64,000 bases of DNA from Eukaryota sp. TZLM1-RC (GCA_040285825.1 JAUPSS010000001.1:1302001-1366000); one strand, 5' to 3'; numbered from the stretch's first letter, positions 34,958-48,500 are shown. Translations and numbers: made by a program. The notes: generated by a model not told the origin, from the sequence alone.

Positions 34958-35905
34958 TTAAATAAGACCTCTGTTTCTGGCGTCCAACATCTCTAATTGT
35001 GCAGCTAACATTGTACACATTGGAACTTCCACACCATTTTTTGCAGCTAATGAAAGCAATTTGAAATACAAATATTCTAATTCCAATGGTCTCTTTGCTT
35101 CATAATCTACCAACATTGACGGCTTATACTTGGCCATTTTCTTGGCGTTGCTGATGGAATTTGACACAAAATTCTTTGGGAAAAAACACTCAACAGACTC
35201 GGCCACTTTACATACTTCATCTCCTATGACTTCTTCAACTGATAAAAGACGGTCAAGGGACGTCAATTGACTTGTATGCGCTGACAATACAACGGAAAGG
35301 CCATTGAGAATGACATTAAAGACCAACTTCATGAATCTTGCCAAGCGAAGATCTGCAGTAATACTAACTTGCATACCACTATCTAGAAAAAGATCAGCAA
35401 ACCTTTGAACAACATCTGGGGAGCAGTTGTGGGGACCTAGGAGTAGGGAACCATGGTCAATGTGGTGAACAACACCGGAAGAGAGACGTTGAGCACATAC
35501 TAAAGCAATGCCCCCAATAACATTGTTAGAAGGAAAGGCAGTAGCGAAAGGCAGTTCATTATCTAAACCGTTTTGTAGAATAATAATGGCAGTGGAGGGT
35601 TTGACAAGTTGCGGGAGAATGTCACTGATGATTTCGTCATTGTAGATTGTTTTGGAACAGATAAGAATGAAATCAAGGTCCACATCCATGTCTGAGGGAG
35701 ACTTGTAATAGGAAAAGGTTGAGCTATCATGGTGGAGATCGTCAAAGATGTCTGATTTCATGGTAATTCCATGATTGGAGATGAAATCATAATCAGATCG
35801 CAAAAGGAAATGAACATTGCACTTCTTCGCCTGAAGCAAGAAAGAACTGTAGAATAAGCCAACAGCTCCAGTTCCATAAACCCCAACATTGAGATTAAGA
35901 TGCAT
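34958..35905 (-). CDS. panE: 2-dehydropantoate 2-reductase (ketopantoate reductase, ApbA/PanE family)
   Basis: Rossmann motif VGVYGTGAVG, HFLLRSDY, LQNGLDNE, KLVFN..LNGLS, YKPSMLVD...RPLE. Intact, intronless; probable ATG at 35905. Confidence 0.9.
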   Translation of the reverse strand: MHLNLNVGVYGTGAVGLFYSSFLLQAKKCNVHFLLRSDYDFISNHGITMKSDIFDDLHHDSSTFSYYKSPSDMDVDLDFILICSKTIYNDEIISDILPQLVKPSTAIIILQNGLDNELPFATAFPSNNVIGGIALVCAQRLSSGVVHHIDHGSLLLGPHNCSPDVVQRFADLFLDSGMQVSITADLRLARFMKLVFNVILNGLSVVLSAHTSQLTSLDRLLSVEEVIGDEVCKVAESVECFFPKNFVSNSISNAKKMAKYKPSMLVDYEAKRPLELEYLYFKLLSLAAKNGVEVPMCTMLAAQLEMLDARNRGLI

Positions 35906-35984
35906 TATGTCCAAAGTGAATTATGATTTGGGAATTCCTATTGTGTGAAACTGCAATGAATTTGCTTTTGTTTTTAAAAAATTT

Positions 35985-36744
35985 TTGGATCAATTATGTA
36001 AGGGAAAGTATGCTATCAATTTTCTTTGGGAATTTTTTGGTTCCTTTTGTCCTCCTTTTGAACAAAATTTCGTAAATAATTCCGAAGATATAACTAATAT
36101 AGCACCGAGAAAACAGTCATCTGAGAAATTAAGTAAAATTTTTGAAGATAAATGCTTTTATAACAAATGGTCTAGGGCTTTGTCTGCTTTAAGTCCCGGA
36201 GTTAAAGCACCCAACAATCAAGATACTATGGATAAACTAAAAATACTTCATCCTTTGGAAGATCCTGATTTTGTATCAAAATTTGTACGGAACTTACTGG
36301 GAAAATTATCCATTAATGGCATCAGAAGTATTTTCGGTGATAAAAAGAGACCACGCGGCAAGTCTGCCGGGCTTTCTGGTATTTCTATTGATCATGTAAA
36401 AGCCGCAATTATTTCATCAGATGATTGTCTTGTTTTATTGACTAAATTTTTCAACAGAATATTGACTGGTCAACTCAAATATCCAGAAAAATTAAGTTCT
36501 CGTTTGAATGCACTTGTCAAGAATTCAAAAATGGATGTTTGTCCTATTGCAGTCTCTGAGAGCTTACAAAATATTTTATCTGCTTGTTGCTTAAGCAGGT
36601 TCAATGAAAAAGCAAAGACCATTTTATTACCCTTTCAATATGGAATTAATATCACTGATGGAGTCTCTTCACCGATATTGGCTACAGATGTGTTATTTCG
36701 CCAAAATGAATCCAATGTCTGTATGTCATTGGATTTTAGTAATG
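35985..36744 (+). mobile_element. CRE-like non-LTR element, 5' part of RT (interrupted by LTR elements)
   Basis: LKILHP, GKSAGLSG, L.ALVK...CPIAVSE, PFQYGI, SLDFSN; breaks exactly at the LTR starting at 36745. Confidence 0.8.
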
Positions 36745-39700
36745 TGTTGCCGTTAGGCATTATGCCAGCTGTATGTTAGATGTATGTGTATGGCGGGTTA
36801 AGATAAAGATAATTTTATTTAATGTTATTCTATATACTTAGGTACTCACTAGTGAGATACCTACACTACCTTCTCCCGTTTTCTTAATTAAAATTATTTA
36901 CAGTTGTCCTTCCGCTTCCTTTGCGGATAACGCTTCTGCTGAGGCACGGGGAGAGCCCGAGCTGCGTTGTTGGATTTAATAGATTTACGTTTTCTTTTAT
37001 TAGGTTTCTTATTAAATCGTTGATACGCTTCTGAATATCTGATAGAATGGAGTGGTTCCTCGGAAGTATCTGCACCAACCCATCGCACAGTACAGAAGGG
37101 TCCTTCAGCAGTGTTATACTCGTCAAGGATTTCTTCGATGACATGTTTATCTGAATCTGTGGCTGCAATTTCCCTAAGTAGATCGACATCGTTAGGATCG
37201 TCAGCGTTATAAATTTTACAGTCCCTCTTAGATACTTTTGTTTGTTCACCAGTCGTCAGGTTCTTTATCAATAAAGTGGAGTTGGAAGGGGTTTCTAAAA
37301 CCAGATATGGGCCTAACCAAGATCCATGCAATTTATTAGGTTGTTTAGTCTTTCGACGAATATAGTCACCAATATTAAATGTATTTTCATCTATGTTTTT
37401 CGTATGACTGGGTGTGTTTAATAGTTGGTGATGCTTTGCTTCTTCCCATTTCTTTTGAAGACGTTCATTCTTAAATTATAGATCTTGCAAAAGTGGTACA
37501 TTGGATTCAAAATCGAAAATGCCTCCTAGAATGTTAGCAGGATCTGATCTTGGGCTGATAGATGACCCAAACATCAGTTCGTATGGAGTGTGATTTGTTA
37601 TTCTACTTTTGGTTGAATTAATTAATAGTTGAGTTATTGGTACATATGTGGACCATGAATCATAGTCGTTGTAATCTATTAATAATTTCCTTATACATTG
37701 TATCACATCTCGATGTTTTCTTTCAACCAATCCATTACTTTCAGATTGGTAAGTAATTGAATTGGACACTTCAATTGACATTCTTTGGCAAAGCAATTTG
37801 ATTATTTCGTCGGCGAACTCGGGACCATTATCGCTATGTATAGACATAGGTATGTCAAAAATAGCGCAGACATTCCATATCAAAGCATCTGCTACTTCTA
37901 AGGCATTGAGTTCTTTTAAAGGTACAAGTATCGCATACCTTGAAAATGAATCGACGAAATCTAATAAATATTTATTATCGTTGTTGTCTTTATTGAGTGG
38001 TCCAATTGTATCCACGTTTAATTTTGCGAAAGGGCGATTAGCCCACAGGGAACCAGTTGAGAAAGTCTTTAATTGCTTTACTGGTGCTGTTTTCTGGCAA
38101 GTAGGACAACGTTCTATATGTTTGATCAGATGTTTTCTCATGTTTGGCCAGTAGAAATAGCTTTTGGAAAGTTTGTGAAGATTTTCGTTTTTGCTAGGGT
38201 GGCCTGATTGGGTTAAACCATGTATTAGGTTGAGTGCCGTTTTCCTTAGTTTGGTCGGAATTATCATTTTATTATTATCATTTAACCAGATTGCTCTGAT
38301 CTAACTTTTGAGAGCCAATTTGAAAAAATGGGTAAATCTGGGTGCTTTGCTAATTCGTAAATGTGAATTGGGTCTGGATCTTCATGATCAGAATCATCGT
38401 CAGGGGGTGGTATTTCACCGTGCCAAAAGGGATCATGTGGGTAATTGATGTGATTTATTTCCGGATTTTCTAAATTTGTATCTATGTTTCTTGATGTCAT
38501 GTCAGCCCAGTGGTTGTCTTCTCCTTTTTCGTGTACGATATCAAAGTCAAATTCTGACAAGATAGGTAAATTATCTTTTGACGATTCTGTTCTGTTCAGG
38601 AGCCGTGGCGAGGAATGCAATATTCCTGTGATCTGTGAAAATGGTCAGATGTCTAGTAATGAGAAAGCTTTCCAGATGACTTTCTGTTAATATTAATAGA
38701 ATCGCATATAATTCTTTTTGTAAAGTAGACCAACGCTTTTGAGTATCGGTTAAAATCCTACTGAAAAAGGAGATTGGTTTTACTTTTCTATCTTTTAATG
38801 CAGTTCCAATGGGTGAATAAGGTGCGACTTCTTGCCAACTGACTCCTCCTACTGCGATGTCAGATGCATCGGTGCTAATCAGGATGCGTTTGTCTGGTTA
38901 AGGTAATTCCAGAGGCATGTGATTAATTATGAGTTGTTTTATTTGGTCTAATAGTCGATCGTGTTTGGCTTCCCAATTTACACGACGTTGTTTGTGCTTA
39001 GTTAACTCATTTATGGGTGCTATTAGTTGTGAAATATTTGGGAGCCAATCTCTTATGAAATTGACTGAACCAACTAGTAACCGTACTTCTTTGATAGTTT
39101 TTGGAGCAGGTATATTTATTAAAGCATCTACTCGTTTTTTTACAAATTTTTCGTTGTTTGAATTGGAAACTGCTGCCTAAAATGTCAATTGGTTGTTTGT
39201 CAGTAACGAATTTACATTTTCTCAATCCAATGTTGACTCTTCTACTCCTTGCGCATTGCAGTACCCTCTGTATTCTGTCAAAGAATTCTTGAAGGGTTGA
39301 TCCTATTATGATTATGTCGTCGATGTAGATAAAAACTCCTTCTATTTGGAAAATTTCCATCATTACATTTTGAAAAATTGCTGGGATATTCTTTAGTCCG
39401 AAGCATGCCCTTTTAAACATAATAGATCTGCCAGGAATAGAGATAGATGTCTTTTCAATATTTTCGTCAGCTTCTTTCATTTGCCAAAAAGCAAAAAGGG
39501 AGATCCGAAGTGGCAATAAAGTTGGCCTGACTCAAAAAATCCAAAACATCTGAAATTAATGGTAAGTTAGACTCGACCGGAATTGTATGAGCGTTAACTC
39601 CATCTTTAACACTGAAGTCGCCAGTCAACCTAGGTTTTCGATCATCAGGGTATATTACTATTGGGGAACTGAACTTGTAGTTCGATTCAATTGCATAGCC

Positions 39701-39790
39701 CATTTCAATCAATTCATCAAAAATCTGATTGGCTATTTGTATTTTCTTTGGGTTGAGGCCCTGAGCTGGTTTAGGTACAATTGTATTAGT
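36745..39790 (-). mobile_element. 5'-truncated, decayed Gypsy LTR element, family D (RT-RH-IN-chromo + 3' LTR)
   Basis: 121-bp LTR 36745-36865 (TG...CA on the minus strand); PPT gaaaacgggagaaggtag; pol fragments homologous to family B; multiple frameshifts. Confidence 0.88.
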
Positions 39791-39799
39791 ATTGTAGAA

Positions 39800-40292
39800 G
39801 GGTAAAATGTTCCAAATTCCAGATCATGCTTACCTTAGTCCACATTATGGCGGTTTAGGGTGGACGAAGGCTTCTATTCTTACCTCGTGTGCTTTTGTTG
39901 GAGGATGCAGAAATGCAATCTTTGAGTTTTCCGAAAGATTTGCAGATTGGGAAGATTTATTGATGGCAACGCAAAGTTCCACTGTTTTTGCATTAAATGA
40001 AGAAATTTCAAAAATTGATGTATAAAAATGGAGTCGATGTTTTCCCCAATCATTCAATGGCAATATTCCAGAAAAGAATCTTTTAAATTTCAAATACACT
40101 CTTCGAACATTACAGAAACGATTGATCTTTATAATAATATATGCAGCTCGGCTGTTTTAAATCAAGATCTTCACTCATTGTTATTGGAAAAGGGTGTTTG
40201 TGAAAACAAGTCATCCGATTCTTCACTTTTTGTAACTATTGTACCACACTAATGAAGCATTTGTAACAAAAATGAGATTATATTTGAATATC
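39800..40292 (+). mobile_element. CRE-like non-LTR element, middle fragment
   Basis: SPHYGGLGWTKASIL..AFVGG..NAIFEF, homologous to the 6007-6711 ORF; continues after the family B insertion at 47357. Confidence 0.75.
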
Positions 40293-40359
40293 TGTTGGCG
40301 CCCTAAGGCTTTTATAATATGAATAGAAAATAAATTATCTTTATCTCAACCACTTTTGC

Positions 40360-40396
40360 AACCTAAGGCAACAATAATTATTGGCCATATTAGGTT
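40360..40396 (+). promoter_or_regulatory. palindromic stem at the PBS position (aacctaa-ggc-aa-CAATAATTATTG-gcc-ata-ttaggtt)
   Basis: Perfect 12-bp palindrome 40372-40383 starting at the LTR-terminal CA, extended by ggc/gcc and aacctaa/ttaggtt pairings. Confidence 0.8.
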
Positions 40397-40457
40397 ATAG
40401 GTATACCGCTTACATAATTCACAGCTTTATATTCAGAGGATATCTTCAGCAGATATC

Positions 40458-43400
40458 ATGTCAGTCTCTCCTCGCCAGGGCACTGACTCTTTTAAGATTT
40501 TCATGCAACAGCACGACAGAGATGCATATAACACATTCACAACAATAGGAGTAGAAGCAAAGAGTGAGGATTCGGGCTCGAGACCACCCTCCGCCCCCCC
40601 TCAAGAGAAACCAATGGAACCAGGCACGGAACCACCTCCCGCCTCTTCCAAATCAAAAACAATGGAACCAGGCACGGAACCACCTCCCGCCTCTTCCATG
40701 TCCAACAAACCAGATAAGGTTTCAGGAACGGGACCACCCCCCTCCTCACCTAAAGAAAATGTTGGGTTAAGCTCGGATACTTCGTCTGTCCTAAAGGACT
40801 ACGAAGAACTCCAGTCCGTTTTAGAAGAAATGGACGACGATGAAAAAGAGCTTCGCCAACAGATAATGAAGGACGCGGAAGCTCACCTTGAACCAACAGA
40901 TTACTGTTTGTTTGAGCAGCTCCCTCCCCTTTGGAAGCAAATATCAAAATCTGGAAGAAATGTGGGATTCCAGACTCTGGGCCATAAAGGGGACCCTAAT
41001 AGAGTCTACGAATTCCCTCCAAATGAGAGAAGAGAACTCATTAACGCGTTGGACACTTTGAGTAGAGAGACCTATGGACGCGGGGCAGAACGCCGTCCTA
41101 GGATAACCGGTATGGATAGAGAGATCCATGTGATTCTGGCAAAACCTATCAAAGATAGGCCTGATTGGGAAGCCATTCACTTAGATCAATTCGGGAGAAG
41201 GATCAGGTTCTTACCCATCGAAAGAAGGAGCAGAACCGATACCGACGACATCCTGGAAACCAAATTACCGGCATGGTTGGACTCGCACTTTGATACGATC
41301 ATCCATAACTACTCAGAGGTAGAGGATGGGGCTCCTACTTGTTTCAGAAAATACATGGAACAAGCAGACAGCACAAATCCAAGTAAGTTGGATCCCGTCA
41401 GTGACTTCTTTGACGCGGACGCCCTAAATAATATACTTACGGAACGTTCAAGCGTATCCACATTTAGGAGCCGCCCAAATAACTTCATTCATTAATTCGG
41501 GGAATCAACGACAAGGAAGAAGAAGTTCAGGTTCTTGGTCACGGGCGATCAATCAACAGAGCTCCACCAGAGACCTAAACTTCCTATAATTGCCCCAATT
41601 ATATCTGAAAAAGAGCAACCGGTACAAGTCTGTTCCATTGACGTACTCCCTGATCACATCCCAACAGTAGATGTGACAGAACGAGCAAACAGACCTACCA
41701 GAGTGGTTCAGGGACCATCAAGTCCCTCCCAACCCATGCTCACTAGCGCATCAGAAGACGAAGTCGAGTTGAGAGGACCTAGTTTAGATGAAACACCTCC
41801 TCCTCAACCCCCTCGTAGAAGAGTTACTTCTGAGGAGCCTCTCCGTTTGGAAGACCTCCAAGCTTCTAGAAATATTTTTGGATATGAGTATAGCAAGTAG
41901 TCTTCAGAGACATGTGGACTCTCAGCCTAGGTCAGCTGAATATAAAGCCCCTCACCTATCTGAGAAGGACCCTCTTAATAAGATGTCTCTCGTCTCCTTC
42001 CTCCTCAAATTCCAAACATGGGACAAATACGGGCGCAAGATAGCCAATCGAAGCTTTCAAGCCCCTGGTCAATCTGATTGGTCTCGTGCTATGTTGATAG
42101 CAACCCAAATATTTGGCGAAGGAAAGACCCAGATTACCCCTGAGTTGTTATCATCACTCCCATCTCACATCAGAGAAGAAATAGACAGGGACATGAAACA
42201 GCCACTCTTAAGGATCGACCCAGAACTAACGAAACGTTTGGGACCTCCTATCCATCATTATGACTTATTTAGAAGTATGATGATTAGTACTTGTCCATCC
42301 GGCTTATCAAGCATGGTCGACCCCCATCTCATCTCTAGATGGCAAGGCCAAGGACTTCTAAGACCGGACTTCTCAGACGCCGACCTAATGGTTTTTCTGC
42401 TACGCAGGACACAATTTACCTCATATCATGAGGCTTGCTCTGCCCTAGCAAAACCATGTATAAACTGGAGAAACATCCACAACAAAGTGGATGCGGACAA
42501 CGAATTTGGTAGGTTCGTCGAAGATTTTGGAGACGTCCTGAGGATGACCACTTACATGGTTGATCACTCCATATCTGCATCAATTAGGGGAAGCAGTGGT
42601 TTAATAACCCTCTCACCCGCCCTTATTGCAGAATACTTTCTCTTGGGCATAGATAATTATGCCATTACCAAGGAGCTGGCAAGCCATTGGACAAGAGAAG
42701 ATCTATGGGACCCTTCAACAGGTACAACTTTGTTAGACCTGATTTCGACCACCAGGAGACACTTTCTAGCTTGGTGCCAAACAACAGGAAATAGGCACAC
42801 CATGGAACTTTTGAGAAAACAAGCTGAAAGAGAAGAAGACATCCCATTAGGCCTCTCGACCATGAGAACGTTCTCTGGAGGAGCAACCCCATCTGGTCCA
42901 GGTACTAAACGTCGCTTGGGAGGCGGATCCAAAGGAACTCCCCAAAACAAATATGTCCCAGAAAGACATGAACGAGAGGGATCTAAGTTCTGTACATTCT
43001 GTAACGTCACCGAAGGAAATAATCCTATCGGTCACACGGTTTTCGAATGCAAAGACCCCCGTTGTACCAGGAGCAAGGTACCAAAAGAATTGAGGTTCAA
43101 GATCGGCGAGGCTGATCAGCCTGCGAGAAGTGGCAGCGTAGTTAGAGGCCGAGGTGGCCGTGGTAGACGTATTTCTAGGTTTAGAGGTAGGGGCCGAGGT
43201 GGCCATTTTAGAGGACATAAAGGCAGAGGTCAATATAGACCTATTTATTACATAAACACACAAGAGGATACATCATCAACATCATCCCCTTCTGAGAACG
43301 TGTCAGCTAGTTCGAGCATGACCTCTCACAGACGGATTGACCGTTTCAGCAACAGGGTCAGAAACACTGGAAACTTTCCCAATCGGAAATAAATCAACGC

Positions 43401-46400
43401 AATCAATCATAATCAATCAATTGCCGATTTCGGAAACCCAGTCAACAACTCCCCAACAGCTCAACAATTCTTACTAAATCCTCTACAATTCCACAAACCC
43501 AGCTCTGATATCAACAGTATTTTTGGTATAAATTCTACGGTTAGTGAGAACCACATCAGATCCCAGCGTTCTCCATTTCTAAGATTGGAGATTTTAATAA
43601 ATAATATAAAGATGTTTGCAACTATTGATTCGGCAGCGTTTTGTTCGGTTATAACAGAAGATTTGGCTAACAAATGCAACATGTCAATTAATAGAGATGA
43701 TACAATTGAGTTCTTACCAGCCAATAACGTATCAAGTAAATCGCTAGGGAGTGCAAATGGTATTCTGTCGTTCAACGTAGGAAGCATTGCGCACCAGGTA
43801 CATTATAGACATACTCTTCCCATAATCCCGGGTTCGAACAAATTATTAATAGGGGTAGACATGTTAAAAACACTTGGGCTTCAGACGGATGATGGTCTTT
43901 TCATTAGATTAGACAAAGAACACCGCACTTTGTTAAATGTAGAATCTGAATTCGACTCAAGAATCGCTCAACATTCGATTGGGACCTTAGATAACCAATC
44001 ATCGAGTCCTTCCGATTTTGAGGAGCAGTTAACTAGATCTGGTTGTGAGATAAAATTAGATGATGATAATAATAAATTAAAATTAACGAGTCTACTAAGA
44101 ATTTTCAGCGATGTTTTTAGTGAAACTCCAAACAGAAAAGGAATCGATTGTAAACCTCTAACAATCCCCTTTAGAGACGAGAATGCTATAGTACATAAAC
44201 CTGCTAGACGATTAAATCCCAGCAAATTGGAAATAGCAAACAAAATATATGATGAACTGATTGAAATGGGCTATGCAGTTGAATCTAATTATAAATTCAG
44301 CTCTTTTATTGTCTTAGTTATATATCCTGACGGCAAGAAACCCAGGTTAACGGGAGACTTTAGCGGTAAAGATGGAGTCAATGCCCACACGATTTCAGTA
44401 GAACCTAATTTACCTAGGATTAGTGATATTTTAGAGTTTTTAAGTAGAGCAGATTACATAGCCACGCTTGATTTACCAAAAGCTTTCTGGCAAATGAATG
44501 TAGCTGAGAAGGACATTGAGAAAACATCAATCTCAATTCCTGGAAGGTCAATTATGTTTAAAAGAGCTTGCTTCGGATTAAAAAACATCCCAGCAGTATT
44601 TCAAAATGTAATGATGGAAATATTCCAAATTGATGGCGTTTTCATATATATTGATGATATTATAATAGTTGGAACGACTTTCGATGAATTCTATAAGAGA
44701 TTACAAAGAGTCCTCCAATGCGCCAGAAATAGACGTGTAAATATAGGTTTACGTAAATGTAAATTCGTAACATCCAAACACCCTATTGATATTTTAGGAA
44801 GCACCTTCCAGGATAAAACCAGATTTATTAGTAAGAAAAAAATCGAAGCCTTGATGAGAATCCCTAGACCAAAAATCAGTGAAAGAAGTTCGCTCATTGG
44901 TAGGATCCATCAATTATATAAGAGATTGGCTTCCAGGTATTTCCGAATTAATAGCTCCAATTAATGAGTTAATTAAAGGAAAACCTAGAGTAATAAAATG
45001 GACCAACGAGCATGACGATTATCTTAAACAAATAAAAGATTTAATAATTAATCACATGCCCCTTGAATTACCAGCTCCGGGCAAGCGCGTACTAATAAGT
45101 ACCGACGCATCAGATGTAGCAGTTGGAGGCGTTATTTGGCAAGAAATTGAACCATACTCCCCTGCAGGAACCCCGCTGAATAAAAGAAAAGTGAAACCTT
45201 TATCGTTCTATAGTAGATTACTTACAGAAACACAAAGGAAATGGTCCACTTTACAGAAAGAATTATATGCAATTCTTCTGATTTTAACTGAAAGTTGTTT
45301 AGAAAGCTACCTTTTGACTAGACATCTAACAATTTTCACCGATCACAAAAATATTGCATTCCTGGCCACAGCCCCAGAGAAAAATAGAATTGTAAAGAGA
45401 TGGCTGCCGATACTATCTGAATTCGACTTTGATATAGTCCATGAACCAGGTGAAGATAACCACTGGGCAGATATGCTATCGAGGAATATTGATTTAGATC
45501 AAGATGAGGAAACTCCTTCTATATGTAGTATAAATATACCAAATACTTTACTTTCGAATTACGAGATACCTCCTATAGACGATGATTCTGATTCGGACTT
45601 CGAAGACATCCCATCAATTTCATCCCTAAGTAGACACCAAGACTTACCTATTTTTTCTTCTTGGTTCTCTAAAATAAGATCTGAACAACAAATAGCCAAA
45701 AATAATAATGACCCTCTATTTGAGAATGCAATTTTAGATGAAAATACTCAAATTTGGAAAAACAATAAAAATAAAATTTTAATTCCAAAAAGCCTCAGAA
45801 AACAGGCACTATTATTAATTCATGGATTGGTTCAATCAGGCCACCCCAGCAAAAACGACAGTCTACATAAACTGTCCAAAAGCGACTTTTTCTGGCCTAA
45901 TATGAGAAAGGACCTCATAAACCACATCAAAAGATGCCCAACTTGTCAAAAAACGGCACCAGTTAAAAGAACAAAAACACCCTCCACAGGTTCCCTTTGG
46001 GCAGATCGTCCTTTTGCCAGACTAAATGTTGACACAATTGGACCTCTGAATACTGATAGTGATGGTAATAAATACTTATTAGTATTTGTAGATTCTTTTA
46101 CTGGATATTCAATTTTAGTCCCTCTGAAGGAACTCAATGCCTTAGAGACCGCAGACGCTTTGATTTGGAACGTTTGCGCAATTTTTGGCATACCTATGTT
46201 AAGTCATAGTGATAATGGTCCCGAGTTCGCCAATGAGACTTTTAAGATAGTGTGTAATAGATTAGCGATCGAGATGAGTAACTCAATACCCCACTACTCT
46301 GAAAGTAATGGACTCGTAGAGCGAAAACATAGAGACGTTCTACAATGCTTGAGGAAATTATTAATAGATTTTAATGATTATGGAAATTGGTCTACTTATG

Positions 46401-47145
46401 TACCCATATCCCAACTATTAATAAATTCCACTAAAAGCACAAAGACAGGTTTTACACCTTACGAACTAATGTTCGGATCTTCGATTAGCCCAAGATCGGA
46501 CCCTGCAAACATATTAGGAAACTTATCAAAATTTGATTCCAATATACCTTTATTAGACGATATTAAAATGAAAAATACTCGTCTGCAAGAAAAAAGGGAA
46601 GAAGCAGAGCGTCATCAATCATTAAATACTCCGATTTCAGTAGACAATACTAATTCGCGCTCTATAGTATTTAATATTGGTGACTATGTCCTACGTAAAA
46701 CCAAACAGAATAATAAATTACATGGATCTTGGAACGGACCCTTTTTAGTAATAGACCATCCTTCCAACTCCACTTTATTATTAAAGAAACTTATCACTGG
46801 CACCGAATTAAAAGCTGCCAAGAAAGATTGCAAAATCTATAACGCAGATAATCCTCAGGATATCGAATTTCTAAAAGCAGTCGCAGCAGGCGATGCTGAG
46901 AAACATGTTATAGAGAAAATCCTCTCAGAATATAATTCTGACTCAGGTAGTTTCTGTACTGTTCAATGGTTTGGCGGTGAGACAACAGAAAGAGCCTCTC
47001 CATTCAGTTAAACATTCAGAAGCTTACAAGTTGTTCAGCAGGAATAACAAGAAAATTGGAAAACGTACCTCTAGTCAACGTAAGAGTACCTCCAATAACT
47101 CTACGCCTTGCAAGAGGCCTAGACGCAGTACTAGAATTAGGAAGT
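40458..47145 (+). pseudogene. Gag-Pol of family B, broken by several frameshifts
   Basis: ORF pieces 40458-41495, 41535-41900, 41788-43392, 43585-44964, 44879-47011. The last shift (extra A in gaaagagcc) is absent from the copy at 53274-54090. Confidence 0.85.
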
Positions 47146-47169
47146 GATGCTAATTCTCAGTTTAGATTA

Positions 47170-47215
47170 GGTTATTTGTAGTTATTTAGTTATTTAGTTA
47201 TTTAGTTATTTGTTT
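47170..47215 (+). repeat. (ttatttag)n 8-bp microrepeat in the 3' UTR of family B
   Basis: Visible tandem array; one unit longer in the inverted copy at about 53410-53465. Confidence 0.8.
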
Positions 47216-47356
47216 ATAGTTTAGATTCATATTTATATAAGCCTATTAGCTCTGAAAAAGGGAAGAAGCAGTGTTGGCGCCCTAAGGCTTTTATAATATG
47301 AATAGAAAATAAATTATCTTTATCTCAACCACTTTTGCAACCTAAGGCAACATATC

Positions 47357-48000
47357 CCCATTAATCAATTATTATCAAAAGAAAAATGTAGTTGTTCGAA
47401 TTCACCTCAACTCACTTTGCGCCATGCTTTGAATTGCTCTAAATTGATAACTTATCGTTCTTCATTACATGATGCTGTTAGAGACACTGTTTTCAATATG
47501 GCACAAATTGCAAGAATATCGTGTATCAAAGAGCCCCTGCTGAAGGAAACACTTTCTCTGAATAATTTTGGTTCTGATGATAGAGGTGATGTATACTGTG
47601 ATTGGATTGATAATTCTGAAGCTATTGTTGACTTTGTCTCATGTAATGTTGCAAACGATACTTTGGTTCACAGAAGAAAACTTAATCCTGTGGCTGCTCT
47701 GGATTTTAAAGCAAAAGAAAAACATAGAAAATATGATAAAGAAATTGAAGATGCAAATGTCGATAGAAATACACAGCTGGTTTTTATTGCTTTCCCATTT
47801 TCGATAAATGGAAGATTATCAGTTGAAGCAGAAACTTTTTTGGATGACTTCCAAAAAATGGTGAAAGAAACACAATGAAAAGATTTGATATTTTTTTATG
47901 GCGTTCACGGATTCAATTTGCCATTATTATTAGATTGCCTCCGTTTTTCAATCGAATTAGAGAAGCTTTAGCTGGACAAAAAGCAGGTGAAGATTTTTGT
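47357..48000 (+). mobile_element. CRE-like non-LTR element, 3' part (CCHC + endonuclease)
   Basis: CSC...LRHALNC...SSLHDAVRD...DRGD...KEKHRKY; resumes after TSD TATC. Confidence 0.85.
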
Positions 48001-48084
48001 GCCATTTTGGCTTTGTATGGAAGCGTTCCCAAGTATTTAAATTTAATGATGTCCAAGTTTTACAAGGATTCATCAAGAATCTAA

Positions 48085-48500
48085 TAATAATGGAAAATTA
48101 AATTCGTCAGCGCCCTAAAAAGATATCAAATCATTTCATTGTTGTTTCTTGAATTATTTTTTGGAAATCATTGAAAAAGTTCCCGCCTCTACTGATAGTC
48201 TTCCCTTTATAGAAAATGGGAAAGCAACATAAAATAGTGGTGTATTTCTACCAGCGTTGGCCTCTTCAATATCTTTGTCATATTCTCTATGTTTTTCTTT
48301 AGCCTTAAATTCAAGAGCACTTACAGGATTAAATATTCTTCTTTGAACCAAAGTGTCATTTGCAACATTACAGGAGACAAACTCGACAACAGCTTCAGAG
48401 TTCTCAACCCAATCACAGTATACATCACCTCTATCACCGGAACCACAACTATTCAATGACAATGTTTCCTTCAGCAGAGATTCTTTGATACACGAAATTC
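48085..48500 (-). mobile_element. CRE-like endonuclease fragment (inverted, diverged)
   Basis: GDRGDVYCDWVENSEAVV...KAKEKHREY...FPFSIKGRLSVEA. Confidence 0.8.

Larger units (their letters stand above)
40293..47352 (+). mobile_element. full-length Gypsy (chromovirus-like) LTR retrotransposon, family B, with frameshifted gag-pol
   Basis: Identical 81-bp LTRs (40293-40373, 47272-47352) with TGTTG...CAACA ends; TSD TATC; PPT gaaaaagggaagaagcag (47254-47271); ORF pieces 40458-47145 with CCHC-like, IDSAA, YIDD, RH, IN and chromo motifs. Confidence 0.95.

Noticed and set aside
40296-40303. TGGCGCCC, the start of a tRNA-Lys-type PBS
   Set aside because: It lies at the 5' start of the LTR (present in both LTRs), not downstream of it, and does not continue as a tRNA complement
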